Positions 27,021-44,719 are shown, counted from the first letter of the stretch. The stretch is 64,000 nucleotides of DNA from the human T2T-CHM13v2.0 reference genome, Homo sapiens (GCF_009914755.1 NC_060937.1), one strand, 5' to 3'. The notes: generated by a model not told the origin, from the letters alone. Made by a program: numbers and translations.

Positions 27021-27220
27021 CAGATAATCATTTGTTAAAACGTGTCCTGTGCTTTGTAGGATGTTTGGCAACATCTGTGGTCTCTACCAATGCATGTATT
27101 GTGTTCTCCTGGCTGTAACAACCTAAAATGTATCAGTCGGTGCAAATGTTCAGGGAAGTGGGGCTGGAGGCAGAGAGAAAGCGGGGAGGGAGGAAATCAC
27201 CACCTACTGAGAACTACTGC
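27021..27220 (-). mobile_element. MER20, truncated; left arm of an inverted pair
   Basis: MER20 reverse complement; about 88% identical by manual alignment to the copy at 27501-27741. Confidence 0.9.
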
Positions 27221-27344
27221 TTTTGTCATACACAGTATGTTCAAAGATAATCCATGAGCCTGGTATTGTTGCAAACAGACTATTCCGAACCTGCTCTCCT
27301 TGACTTTGTCCAGGTCTCCAGAACTCAAAGCAGCAGAATTAAGT

Positions 27345-27472
27345 TATAAAAGAGTTTGGACTGGGAGCCAGAAGACCTGGATTCTACTCTTGAATCTGCA
27401 TCTTACTTGCTTGCTTTGACCAAATTACTTAATCTTACTGTAATTTAACTTTCTCATTGAGAAAATGAAGTT
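27345..27472 (+). mobile_element. MIR fragment in the spacer between the MER20 copies
   Basis: 'ggactgggagccagaagacctggattct..caaattacttaatc..tttctcattgagaaaatg'. Confidence 0.7.
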
Positions 27473-27500
27473 TTGGATGTCAACTATTTCTCCTTTAAAG

Positions 27501-27741
27501 CAATGGTTCTCAGTAGGGGATGATTTCCTCCCTCCCCACTTTCTCTCCCCCTCCACCCCCACTTCCCTGAACATTTGCACCATCTGATATATTTTAGGTT
27601 GTTATAGCAAAGAGAACACCAATACATGTAGTGGTAGAGACCAGCGATGTTACTAAATATCCTACAAAGCACAGGACAGGTTTTAACAACAAATGATTAT
27701 CTGGCCCCAGTTGTTAAAAGTGTTGAGCTTGAGAAATCCTA
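27501..27741 (+). mobile_element. MER20, full length
   Basis: Termini 'caatggttctca' and 'ttgagaaatccta'; degenerate 8-bp hAT-type TSD CTTTAAAG/TTTTAGAG. Confidence 0.92.
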
Positions 27742-28224
27742 TTTTAGAGTATAATTTTTATTACCGTTTTGTTAGAAAATTTTCCTATCTTGTTTTATCC
27801 AAGTACTTCCTTTCTTTCAAAGTTCAGCTGTACAGTGGGGCCTTCTTTGTCCTTCCTAATTAATAATAGTTATTTTTTAAATTTTCTGAATTCCTATGGC
27901 ACTTGTTATTATCCTATTAATAAGTATAGTGTAATATATATTACACTATGTAATGTAGTATAGTAAAAAAACTATAAAAATGTTTTAAACCATAAAAAGT
28001 ATATGTTTATAGGCTAATCAATTAAATATCATAATTTATAAGATTTTCACTTGTGTCATCAAAGTAATTGTGGACATTATGAACTTTCTTTATCTCAGCT
28101 GGTCTCTTGAGGTACCTGCATCCCTGCTACTCATAGCTAACAATAAGGTAGAGGCTAAAGATTTTGCCAACTTACATGTAAGGATTATCTGAGGATCTTT
28201 CCCTGGCCCAGTCCACTCCATGCT

Positions 28225-28241
28225 CTTCACTAGAGGGCCAA
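28225..28241 (+). promoter_or_regulatory. CTCF-like motif
   Basis: TCACTAGAGGGCCA versus CTCF core CCACTAGAGGGC; motif match only. Confidence 0.25.
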
Positions 28242-28889
28242 TCCCTCAAGAAAAGTCTGATGGTTCCACTCAGGAGAATAGAAAACCTGCCCAGGCTCTC
28301 CTAGAAACAAGTCAGCCAAACAAATGAGGGCAAGGCCTGGGTAAAGATTTTGTGCAGGACCACTGCATTGTATGTGCAGGGAATCTGTTTTCTAAAATAA
28401 ATTTCCTTACACTTTCCCTCTGTATAGCAATCTGTTTAAGCATCTCTGTTTCTCCACCATATCATGTGGGTTATGAATTATTATTTTTTACCAGAATATG
28501 AGCCAGCTTTAGAAACACAATCTAAAGGCCATCATTGGAGTCATTTGTGAAAACATTAAACAGCACCAGGTGCAGGGCTGACCCCTTGAGGACCACTACT
28601 CAATATGCCCCCAAGGCTGAAATTTAACCATTGATGACTTCTCAGTAGGGCCCTCTGACCAATACTACATCAATCAATAGTGTTCTTCCAACCCCACATC
28701 CTCAGAATCCCACTTGCTCTCTTTGGATCTGACTCCACTTATTAGTTATTTTACTCAGATAGGATAGCTAAAATGTTAAGGTATCTGCGCAAATGATTTA
28801 TAAGAATGAGTACATACTTATGTATGACTTTGTGTCAATGACTTACAAAGAGTACAGATTCAATTGCATGAAAGGCATCAGTTGGCTAG

Positions 28890-29289
28890 TGATATGGTTT
28901 GGATGTTTTTCCCCACCCAAATCCCCAGTGTTGGAGGTGGGTCCTGGTGGGGGTGTTTGGGTCATGGGGATGGAACCCTCATGAATGGCTTTGTGCCATC
29001 CTCATGGTAATGAGGCAGTTCTCGCTGTATGAGCTCAGGCAAGATATTGTTGTTTAAAGAGCCTGGAACCTCTTCCCTCTCTCACTGTTGCTCCCTCTCA
29101 CCATGTGATGCACCTGCTCCTCGTTTGCTTTCCACCTGATTGTAAGGTTCCTGAGGCCTTACCAGAAGCCAAGCAAATGTTGGTGCCATGCTTATACAGC
29201 CTGCAGAACTGTGAGCCAAAATAAGCCTCTTCTTTATAAATTACCCAGTTTCAGGTATTCCTTTATAGCAAAGCAAATGGACTAACACA
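28890..29289 (+). mobile_element. MST (MSTB-like, ERVL-MaLR) solo LTR
   Basis: TG...CA termini 'tgatatggtttggatg' to 'ggactaacaca'; TSD GCTAG/GCTAT. Confidence 0.93.
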
Positions 29290-29913
29290 GCTATCAAACA
29301 TTTAAAAAAATGACTTTTCAGTTGTTATTTTGCCTTAACAGGTTACTGAAATAATCTCTCTCCCCCACTGTTTGTGAAATCTTCTTTCCTAAGTGTCTTC
29401 ATTAAGCCTTAACTCAACAATATGGACTCTGTGCATGGGTCATGGTGGGGTAGTGGGGGCATGGAAAAGGGTTAGTCTGTTCAATTAGCATTAGATTTTA
29501 CATGGTATTCTCTCTGTAGAATATTCACTACTTAATTTTATAATTTTACTAAATAAATCCAACCAGGAGACTTTCCACTTTATTTACTAATATAATTGTG
29601 ATTTGATAAAATATTTTTAGAAGTAAAAAGTCGATAGACTTCATATTTAAAGCAGTTTTAAGTTTATAGAAAAGTTGAACAGAAAGGATAGAGAGTTCCT
29701 ATAATGCTCTCCTTCCCCCCTTTCCCCCAGTTTCCCCTATTATTAACATCTTGCATTGGTGTGGTACATTTGTTACAACAGATAAACTGATATTTATTAT
29801 TACTAATGAATATCCATAGTTTACATTAATGTTCACTTTTTGTGTTATACAGTTTTGTGAAGTTTGCAAATGCATAAACTTCTGTATCTAACATTATGGT
29901 GTCAGACAGAATA

Positions 29914-32324
29914 GAGGCATATCAAGGCATGTTCAGTAGGGTTTGGTTTCAGGCCACTGAAATAAAGTGAATATCTCAATAAAGCAAGTCACAAAAAATG
30001 TTTTGGTTTCTTAGCACATATAAATTATTACATTTACATGATACTGTGGTCTATTAAGTGTGAAATAGCATTATCTCTAAAAATGTGCAAAACTTAATTT
30101 AAAAATACTTAATTGCTAAAAAATGTTAACAATCATTTGAGCCTTTAGCAAATCATAGTCTTTTTGCTGGTGGAGGGTCCCACCTGGATGTTAATGGCTG
30201 CCCACCAATCAGGATGGTGGTTGGGGTGGCTGTGGCAATTTCTTGCTGAAGGTTGGGGTGGCTGTGGCAATTTCTTAAAATAATATATCCATGAGGTTTG
30301 CTGCATTGATGGACTCTTTCTTTCATGAAAGATTTCTCTGTAGCATGTGATGCTGTTTGATAGCATTTTAGCCACAGTAGAACTTCTTTCAAAATCATCT
30401 TAAACCCTGCTCCTGTTTTATCAACTAAGTTTATGTATATTTTAAATATTTTGTTGTAATTTCAACACTTCTCAGAGCACTTTCTCCATGAGTAGATTCT
30501 ATCTCAAGAAACAACTTCCATCACTCATTTATAAGAAGCATCTCCTAATTTGTTCAAGTTTTATCATGATATTGCAGCCATATTCAGTCCCATCTTCAAG
30601 GCATCACTTCGAATTCTACTTCTCTTGCTGTTTCCACCACATCTGCAGTTACTTCCTCCGCTGAAGTCTTGAACCCCTCAAAGTCATTCATGAGGGTTGG
30701 AATCAAGTTCTTCCAAACTCCTGTTAATGTTGACATTTTGACTTTCCCTCATGAATCATGAATGTTCTTAATGGCATCTAGAATGGTGACTCCTTTCCAG
30801 AAGGTTTTCAATTTACTTTGCCCAGATCTATCAGAGAAAGCACTATCTATGGCAGCTATAGCTTACAAAATTCTTAAATAATGAGACTTAAAAGTCAAAT
30901 TTTTTCTGAATCCACAGGCCGAAGAATGGAGGTTATGTTAGCAGATATGAAAAACCCATCGATTTCCTTGTACATCTCCATCAGAGGTCTTGGATGATCA
31001 GGTGCATTATGAATGAGCAAAGATAAAAAAGAAATCTCAAGAATCTTTTTTCTGAGAAGTAGGTTTCAATAGTAGGTGGCTTCAAAATTCAGTAAACCAT
31101 GCTGTAAACAGATATGCTGTTATCCAGGCTTTGTTATTGCATTTATAGAGCACAGGCAGAGTAGATTTAGCATAATTCCTAAGGGTCCCAGGATTTTCAG
31201 AATGGGAAATTGGCTTCAACTTAAAGTCACCTGCAGCGTTAGCCCCTAAGAAGAGAGTCAGCCTGTCCTTTGAAGCTTTGAAACCAGGTTTTGACTTTTT
31301 CTGTCTAGCTATAAAAGTCCTAGAAGACATCTTCTTCCAAGAGAAGGCTGTTTCATCTACATCAAAAATCTGTTGTTTAGTGTGGCCACCTTCATCAATG
31401 CTCTTATCTAGATCTGAATAACTTGCTTGAGCTTCTACATTCAGCACTTGCTGCTTCACATTGTGCTTTTGTGGTTTTGAAGATGGCTTCTTTTCCTAAA
31501 CCTCATGAACTAATCTCTGCTAGCTTCCAACTTTTCTTCTACAACTCCTTACCACTTTCAGCCTTCCTAGAATTGATGAGAGTTAGGTCGTTGCTCTGCA
31601 TTGGGCTTTTACTTAAGGGAATGCTGTGGATGCTTTGTTCTTCCATTCCGACTATTAAATTTTCTCTATATCAGCAATAAGGCTGTTTTGTTTCTTTTTT
31701 TGTTTGTTTATCATTGGTGTGCTCAGTGCAGTAGCACTGTAAATTTTTTGAAGAACTTTTTATTTGCATTCACAACTTGGCTAATTGGTACAAGAGGCCT
31801 AGCTTTCAGCCTGTCTCAGCTTTTGATATGCCTTCCTCACTAAGCTTATTTCTAGTTTTGATTTTAAGTAGAGATATGCAGCTCATCCTTTCATTTGAAC
31901 CCTTAGAGGCCATTGTAGAGTTATTAATTGGCCTAATTCCAATACTGTCATCTGTCAGAGACCCCAGAAGAAGGAGTGAGATGGCGGAAGGGCTTATTGT
32001 GGAGCAGTCAGATCACACAAAACATTTATCAATTAAGTTTATGGTTTTGTGTGTGGATGGTCCATGGTATCCCAAGACAATTACAATAGTAACATCAAAT
32101 ATCACTGATTACAGATCACCGTAACACATATACTAATAATGAAAAAGTTTAAAATATTGTGAGAATTATCAAAATGTAACACAGAGACATGAAGTGAGCA
32201 TGCTGTTGGAAAATGGCACCTATAGACTTGCTTGAGGCAGGGTTGCCACAAACCTTCAATTTGTAAAAAGCACGGTATCTACAAAATGCAATAAAGCAAA
32301 GTGCAACAAAATAAGGAATGCCTG
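29914..32324 (-). mobile_element. Full-length Tigger1 (TcMar-Tigger DNA transposon), decayed
   Basis: About 2.41 kb; terminal inverted repeat remnants 'gaggcatatc' and 'aggaatgcctg'; TA TSD on both sides; transposase fragments on the minus strand. Confidence 0.96.
31082..31459 (-). pseudogene. Tigger1 transposase fragment (DDE_1/CENP-B-like region)
   Basis: ORF contains '[48 protein letters not shown]', typical of pogo/Tigger transposases; flanked by stops and frameshifts. Confidence 0.93.
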
Positions 32325-32479
32325 TAATTCCACTACCCTAAAAAATCCTCTGTGCTCCCTACTCACAACCCCATTTCCTGGCCACCACTGGTCTTTTTAC
32401 TCTCTCCATAGTTTTGCCTTTTCCAGAATGCCATATAGTTAGAGTCATACAGTATGTAGCTTTTTCAGACTGACTGCCT

Positions 32480-32779
32480 TTGTTTTTTTGTTTGTTTGGT
32501 TTTTGTTTTTTGACACAGGGTCTGGCTCTTGCTCAGGCTGGAGTGCAGTCGCACAATCTCAGCTGGTTCACTGTATCCTCTGCATGCCTGGCCCAAGCCA
32601 TCCTCCTACCTCAGCCTTCTGAGTAGCTGAGAAGTGTGCACCTTCAATGCCAGGCTAATTTTTGTATTTATTTATTTTTCTTGGTAGAGACGTGGTTTCC
32701 CCATGTTGCTCAGGCTGGTCTCAAACTCCTGGGCTCCAGTGATCCACTCCTCTCAGCCTTCCAAAGTGCTAGGATTACA
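32480..32779 (-). mobile_element. AluJ, slightly 5'-truncated
   Basis: (TTTG)-decayed tail, 'ggcccaagccatcctcctacctcagcc', ends 'aaagtgctaggattaca'. Confidence 0.92.
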
Positions 32780-33243
32780 TAACAATATACATTTAAGATT
32801 CCTTCTTCTCTTTGTGACGCAAAAGAATATTCCATCTATGGTGCATAGATACCACAGTTTGCTTATTCATTCAGGCGTTGAAGGATGTCTTAGTTGCTGC
32901 CAGTTTGGGACAATTATGAATAAAGCTAATATAAGCATTCTTGTGCAAATTTTTGTGTGGATATAGGTTTTCAGTTCACTTGGGTAAAGATCTAGGGGTG
33001 CGATTGTCAGATTATGTGGTAAGAATATATTTAGCTTTGTAAGAAGGTGCCAAACTATCTTTCAAAGAGGCTGCACTATTTTGCATTCCCACCAGCAGTG
33101 GATAAGAGTTCTTGGTGCTCCACATCCTTCTCAGGATTTGGTGGTGTTAGTGTTTTGGATATTAGTCACCGTATTAAGTGTGCAGAGATATTTCGTTATT
33201 GTTTTAATTTGCAATTCCCTAAAGAAATATGATGTTAACCATC

Positions 33244-33882
<639 letters not shown>

Positions 33883-34746
33883 GCATCTTTTCTTATCCTT
33901 ATTTGTTATCTGAGTATTTTTTTTGGTGAGATGTCTGTTCAGATTTTTTACCCAATTTTAAATTCAATTTGTTTTCTTCTATTTTTTTCAAATTTACTTA
34001 TTTGTTTTAAATGGACAGATAAATTGTATGCATTTATTGTGTACAACATGATGTTTTGAAGGATATATACATTGTAAAATAATTGAATCTCACTAATTAA
34101 AATATGTATTACCTAACATAGTTACCATTTTTATGGTGTACTATCTACTATATAGTAATATACTATTTTAGCAAATTTCAACAATACAATACATTGTTAT
34201 TAACTATAATAACCATGTTGTACAATAGAGCTTTTGAACTTATTTCTCCTATCTAACTGTAATTTTGTATCTTTTGAGCCACATCTCCTCAAACTTCTCC
34301 ACCCTAACCACCCTAGTGTCTGGCAACCACCATTCTGCTCTCTACTTTTATAAGATCAACTTTTTTAGATCCCACATAAGAGTAAGACCATTATTAGCTT
34401 AACTTGATTCGTGATGTTAAGCAATTTTTCATATACCAGTTGGCCATTTGTATGTCTTTCTTTGAGAAATGTCAGTTCAGGATTTTTCTCCATTTTTAAT
34501 TGGGTGACTTATTGTTATTGAGCTTTTAAAATTCCTTATGTTTTAAATACAGGTATTAATATTTTATCAGATGTATAGCTTGCAATTTTTTTCTCTCATT
34601 CTGTAGGTTTTATCTTTAGTCTGTTGATTGTTTGCTTTATTGTATAGAAACTTTTTAGTTTGATGAATTCCCATTTGGCTATTTTTACTTATGTTGCCTG
34701 AGGTAATATTCAATAAAAATATTTCCTGGATCACTGTCATGGAGCT

Positions 34747-35122
34747 TGTATTAGTCCGTTTTCATACTGCTATAAAAAACTTCCCAAGACTAAGTTTACA
34801 AAGGAAAGAAGTTTAACTAACTCACAGTTCAGCATGGCTGAGGAGGCCTCAAGAAACTTACAATCGTGGCAGAAGGTAAAGGGGAAGCAAGGCACCTTCT
34901 TCATAAGGCGGCAGGAAGGAGAAGTGCCAAGTGAAGGGAGAGGAGCCCCTTATAAAACCATCAGATCTCATGGGAACTCACTCACTATCATGAGAACACC
35001 ATTGGGGAAACCATCCCCATGATCCAATTACCTCCATCTGATCTCTCCCTTGACGTGTGGAGATTATGGGAATTATAATTCAAGATGAGATTTGAGTGGA
35101 GACACAAAGCCTAATCATATCA
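34747..35122 (-). mobile_element. THE1C/D-like solo LTR
   Basis: 'tgtattagtccgttttcatactgc' to 'gcctaatcatatca'; TSD GAGCT/GAGCC. Confidence 0.93.
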
Positions 35123-35492
35123 GAGCCTTTCACCTATGTTTTCTTTTAGTAGTTCATTACATTTACATCTTTAACCCATTTTGAGTTGAGTTTTGTATAT
35201 GGCTTGAAATGAGGGTCTAATTTTATTCTTCTGCATGTGGATATCCAGTTTTCCCAACACCATTTATTGGGAAACTGTCTTTTCCCTATTTTGTGTTCTT
35301 GGCACCTTGCCAAAAATTGCTTGCCATAAATGCATGAATTCATTCCTAAGTTTTCTATTCTGTTCCACTGGTCTATGTATCTTTTTATGCCAGTACCATG
35401 CTGTATTGGTTACTGTAGTTTTGTTCTCTATTTTAAAATCAGGTAGTGTGAGTCCTCCAGTTTTGTTCTTTTACTCAAGATTGCTTTGGCCA

Positions 35493-39206
<3,714 letters not shown>

Positions 39207-39407
39207 AAGACTGCATTGGCTATTCAGGGTCTTTTGTGGTTCCATATGAATTTTAAGATTGTTATCTTTCTATAATGAATGTCTTTGATATTTTCATAGG
39301 GATTGCATTGAATCTGTAGATCTCTGTGGGTAGTATGGAAACTTAAACAATATTAATTCTTCAATCCATAAGCATGAGGTATCTTTTCATTTATTTGAGT
39401 CTTTTTC

Positions 39408-39491
39408 TTTTTTCTTTTTTTTTTTAGAGATAATTTTATTTATTGAGAAATATAACTTGGCATTGCTGGTTTTCAAGCAATACAATTAAGA
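39408..39491 (-). pseudogene. 84-bp orphan retro-insertion (poly(A)-tailed RNA 3' end, source unknown)
   Basis: Perfect 16-bp TSD TATTTGAGTCTTTTTC (39392-39407, 39492-39507); poly-T 39408-39425; AATAAA upstream of the tail on the minus strand. Confidence 0.8.
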
Positions 39492-42400
39492 TATTTGAGT
39501 CTTTTTCCATTTCTTTTCTTAAGTCTTCTCTTTTATAGATTTTAGTATAGAAATGTTTCACCTCCTTGGCCAAATTTATTCTGAAGAGTTTTATCTTTTT
39601 ACATATTATAAATAGAATTAGTGTTTTCTTGATTTCTTTTTCAGATAGTTTGAAGTTAGTGTATAGAACCTCTACTGATATTTTTATATTGACTTTGTAT
39701 CCCCCAACTTGACTGAATTCATTTATTAGTTCTCATAGTTTTTTCATGGAGTGTTTAGGGTTTTCTATATATAAGATCCCTGAAAACTGGGACAATTTAT
39801 TCCTTTACAATTTGGATGCCTTTTATTTTTTATCTTGCTTAATTGGTCTGGCTAGGACTTTCAGTACAATGTTGAATAGAAGTGGCAAGAGTAGGCATCC
39901 TTATCTTATTCCTGATCTTAGAGGACAAGCTTTCAATTTTCCCCATTAAATATTACATTAGCTGTGAGATTGCCAATATATCGTCTTTATTGTGTCAAGG
40001 CACATTTCTTCTATACCTAATTTGTTGAGAGCTTTTTTTCATGAGATGATGTTAAAGTTTGTCAAATGCTTTTCCTACATCTCTTGAAACAATTATGTTT
40101 TTTTCTTCATTCTGTTAATGTGATGTATCATGTTTATTAATCAGCATAGGTTGGACCATTCATACATTCTTGAGATAAATCTCACTTGATCATGGCGAAT
40201 GATTTTTCTAATGTGCTGTTGAATTTGGTTTACTAGTATTTTGTTGAGGATTTGTGAATCTATGTTCATTAGTGATATTTTTTCTATAGTTTTCTTTTTA
40301 TGTAATGTCCTTTCCTGGCTTTGATATCAAGGTAATGCTAATCTCATGAAGTTAAATTTAGAGTATTCCTTCTTAAATTTTTTGAGGAGAATTTTAGAAG
40401 AATTTGCGTTAGTTTTTCTTTAAATGGATTTATAATTTAGGTATGAATTGGCTAAATTTAGAAATTAGCTATCAAGCCATTTGGTCCTGTGCTTTAATGG
40501 GTGACATTTTATTACTGATTCAAACTCCTTGCTCATTTATTGGTCTGTTTGAATTTTCTATTTATAATTTAATCTTGGTAGGTTGCATGTGTCAAATAAT
40601 TTGTTCACTAATATGTTGGTATATAATTATTCATAACAGTCTCTTATGATCCTTCGTATTTCTGTGGTATCAGTTGCAATAACTCCCTTTTCATTTTTTG
40701 TTTTATTTGCTCTTCTCTCTTTTTTTCTTAGTCAATCTAGATAAAGGCTTGTTAATTTTGTTTATCTTTTCTAAAAAAACAACCATTTGTTTCATTGATC
40801 TTTTGGATTTTTTATTAGTCTGAATTTCATTTATCTGCTCTGATCCTTATTATTTCCTTTCTTCTACTAATTTTGGAGTTATTTTGCTCTTTCTAGTTTT
40901 TTGAGATGCAACAGTAGATTACTCATTTGCATTTTTCTTCTTTTTTGATGTAAGCATTTATTGCTAGAAACTTCCTTCTTGAACTGCTGTTGCTGCAGTT
41001 CTTATAAGTTTTGGTAAGTTGTGTTTTATTTTCCTTTGTCTCAAGATACTTTTAAAATTTTGATTTAATTTCTTGATTAGCCTATTGGTTGTTCAAGAGC
41101 AGGATGCTTAACTTTTACGTATTTCGTAAATTTTCTGAAGTTCGTAGAAATTATTGATTTCTAGTTTTCTACCATTTTGGTCAGAAAGGATACTTGATAT
41201 GATTTCAATATTCTTACATTTGTTAAGACTTGTTTTGTGGCCTAACACATCATCTATCACAGAGAAAGCTCCATATGCACTTGAGAAGAAGGTGTATTCT
41301 ATAGCTATTGGACAGAATGTTCTGTAAATGTCTATTTGGTCCTTTTGGTCTAACATGTAGTCTAATTTTGAGGGTTTTTAAAAATTGATTTTCTGTCTGG
41401 ATGACGTGTCCATTGCTGAAAGTGTGGTGTTGAAGCCCCCTACTATTATTATATCTCAGTCTATTTTTCCCTTCAAATTTATTAATATTTGCTTTATATA
41501 CTTTGGTGCTCTAATCTTAGGTGAATATATATTTATAATTTTTATATTATTTCGGTGGATTGACTTGTTGATTATTACAGAATGACCTTCTCTGTCTCTT
41601 TTTACAATTTTTGATTTAAAGTTTTTTTCACCTAATATAAGTATAGCTATTCCTGCTCTTTTTGTTTCAATTTGAATGCAATATCTTTTGCTCTCTCTTC
41701 ACTCTCAAGACTATGTGTGTCCTTACAGGTTAGTGAGTTCCTTGTAGGCAGCATGTAGTTGGGTCTTTTTTTTTTTTTATTCATTCAGCCACTATATGTC
41801 TCTTGATTGGAGAATTTAATCCACTTACATTTGAGGTAATTGCTGATAGGTAAGGATTTACTACTGCCATTTTGCTAATTCTTTCTAGTTGTTTTGTATA
41901 TTTTAGTTTCTTCCTCTTTTGCTGTCTTTCTTTGTTGTTAAGTGATTTTCTCAGTGGTATGTTTCAATTCCTTGATTTTTACTTTTGGTGTATCTACTAT
42001 TGGTTTTTACTTTGTGGTTACTATGAGGCTTAAAAGAACAACTTACTGTTATAGCAGTGTATTTTAGGCTGATAACAACTTCATTTTGATCACCATAAGA
42101 AGCTCTCTACAGTTTACTTGACTCCTTCCATTTGGAATTTTTGATGTTACAATTAATATTTTTTATATTGCATATACCTGCAGTTATTAATTAAACAATT
42201 TTGTCTTTTAATGTTTATACTAAAGGTATAAGTGATTTACATATCACCATTACAGTACTAGAGTTTTCTGAATTTGACTGTCTACTTACTTTTACTAGTG
42301 AGTTTTATACTTTCATATATTTGTATGTTACTCATTAGCACGCCTTTCTTTTACCATGAAGAATTCTCTTAAGCATTTATTATAAGATAGGTCTATTGTA

Positions 42401-43221
42401 GATGAACTCCCTCAATTTTTGTTTGTCTAGGAAAGTGTTTATCTTGCCTTCATTTCTGAAGGAGAGTTTTGCTATGTTTTGTTTTTTCTTCTCACCACTT
42501 TGAATATATCATCCCACTATCTCTTGGTCTATAAGATCTCTGCTGAGAAGTCTGCTGCTAGGCATTTTGGAACTTCCTTACATATTATTGGCTTTTTCTG
42601 TATTGCCGATCCTTAATTTTCAACAGTTTGATTATGTCACAGGATAGTCTTATTTGGATTGAATTTGATGGAGACTTTTGGCTTGCCTGCACCTAGATAT
42701 TTGTATCTGTCTTCAGGATTGGAAAGTTTTCTGCTATTATTTCTTTGAGTAAACTCTGTTTTTTAAAAAAATCTCAGTTGTATTTGTTATAACTCCCCAG
42801 TTTATTTTGAAAACAGTCTTTTCTGACATATTCATATAAATTTGAGATGAGTTATCTCAGCATACACAGACATCTTCTATATTTTCTATAATTTTTAAAT
42901 GCTGATGAAAGAATGCATATTAACATATCAATATTTAAGCATGCCAACATAATAGAACTTTTCAAACTTTTTAAATTAAGTTTTTTAACTAAGCGTATTC
43001 ATATTTGACACTTTGACATTTGGGTTACATGTGCTTGTAAAAAATAGGTGTATTCCTCAACTGACCATAATGAAAATCAGCATATAAGTATCATTCTTTC
43101 TTAATTAAATTTTCAGGGACAAAGTGGTTTAAATGAGAGTAAATAAGCTGAACTCCTCATGAAATAAACTGGAAAAACAAAAATCAAGAAGTGTTAGAGG
43201 TATTAAAGGTTAATTTAATAA

Positions 43222-43564
<343 letters not shown>

Positions 43565-44343
43565 TAAATATATAAGTGTTCACCATGGGTGTTTATGAAT
43601 TAAAATATTTCTAATCTAGACTGTGAGCTCCTATTGATGGGGCTAGTGTTATGCAATAAAAGGCCCTGGGACAAAAAGAGAGAGATGGCTCAGTAGACTA
43701 GATTATTTAAGTCTCAGTGGGCTTAGATCTTGACCTGCACCTTAAAATAATGTTTTACTTCATTATGTTTGTTTCGTTGTTCTATATGTTGTTTGTTTCA
43801 CTATTTTTATAGATGAGGCAAAGTGGGAGTTTCAACTAGTCTAATATACCTTATCAACTGTCTGAGTAAGATTTTTATTTATTTTTCTGCCAAGCACACT
43901 GAATTCCATCTACAATTCTTTTAAGATAAGAACCACTAAGTCAACTGGAGAAACAGCTGGGTTCTTGAGCTATGGAACACTATTACACTTTAGCATGTTG
44001 TCTGAGAAATGAAGCTCCTTAGTGGTGCTTCTCCTGGTACTTCACTGAAATATACATACTCTCAGACCATGCTGCAAGATGGGGCCTTACTTAAGCATTT
44101 GAAACTTCAAAGCAAGTGAATGCCTTCTTGGCTGGCCCTTTCTTTCTTCTTACAATTTCTTTGGGGTTTCTACCCACTTCTGGTTCCTCTCTTACAAAAG
44201 CCTCCTAATGCTTCTTCTTTTTTTCCCCCACAGTGGGCCTTGATGGACACTAGTCCAGAGTCCAAGACCCTAGCAAGATTAAAAAATATTGACTCTGAGA
44301 GTTTAAAACAAGCCTTTAGCAACATAAGTACTTTTTAGGAGGA

Positions 44344-44511
44344 GAGAGACTATTTAACTTATGTATTGGTACATGGGTTATAACGTACATGGTACATATA
44401 TTAGTACATTGGTTAGTGCATTATTACATTAGTTCTAATTAGTAATTAGTACTAATACATGTACTAATGTACTAACATACATGTATTATTACATGGGCTA
44501 AATAGTCTTTC
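44344..44511. repeat. Imperfect palindrome with GTAC/TACAT-rich core
   Basis: 32-nt arms at 44344-44375 and 44480-44511 with 25/32 Watson-Crick pairs; further inner pairing. Confidence 0.85.
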
Positions 44512-44719
44512 TGCCCTGGGAAAAATCAGTAAACATAAATACAATTGAATTTTGTGTTAAATATAAGTTGAACTTTTCATATCTTGCCTCTTTTCTGCTA
44601 CACAGCTATTCAATCTGCATAGCTTGAGAAGGTCACCAGTTTTGATCTGCTCCCTTTTGCAGGATCAAGCAGAAATGCAAATGGTTCCATTTTCCTTCTG
44701 GATCATTCTTGCCTCATCA

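Noticed and set aside
31082-31459. Possible domesticated TIGD-like gene
   Set aside because: Only a fragment of a Tigger1 transposase; the rest of the frame is disrupted and it sits within a complete fossil element
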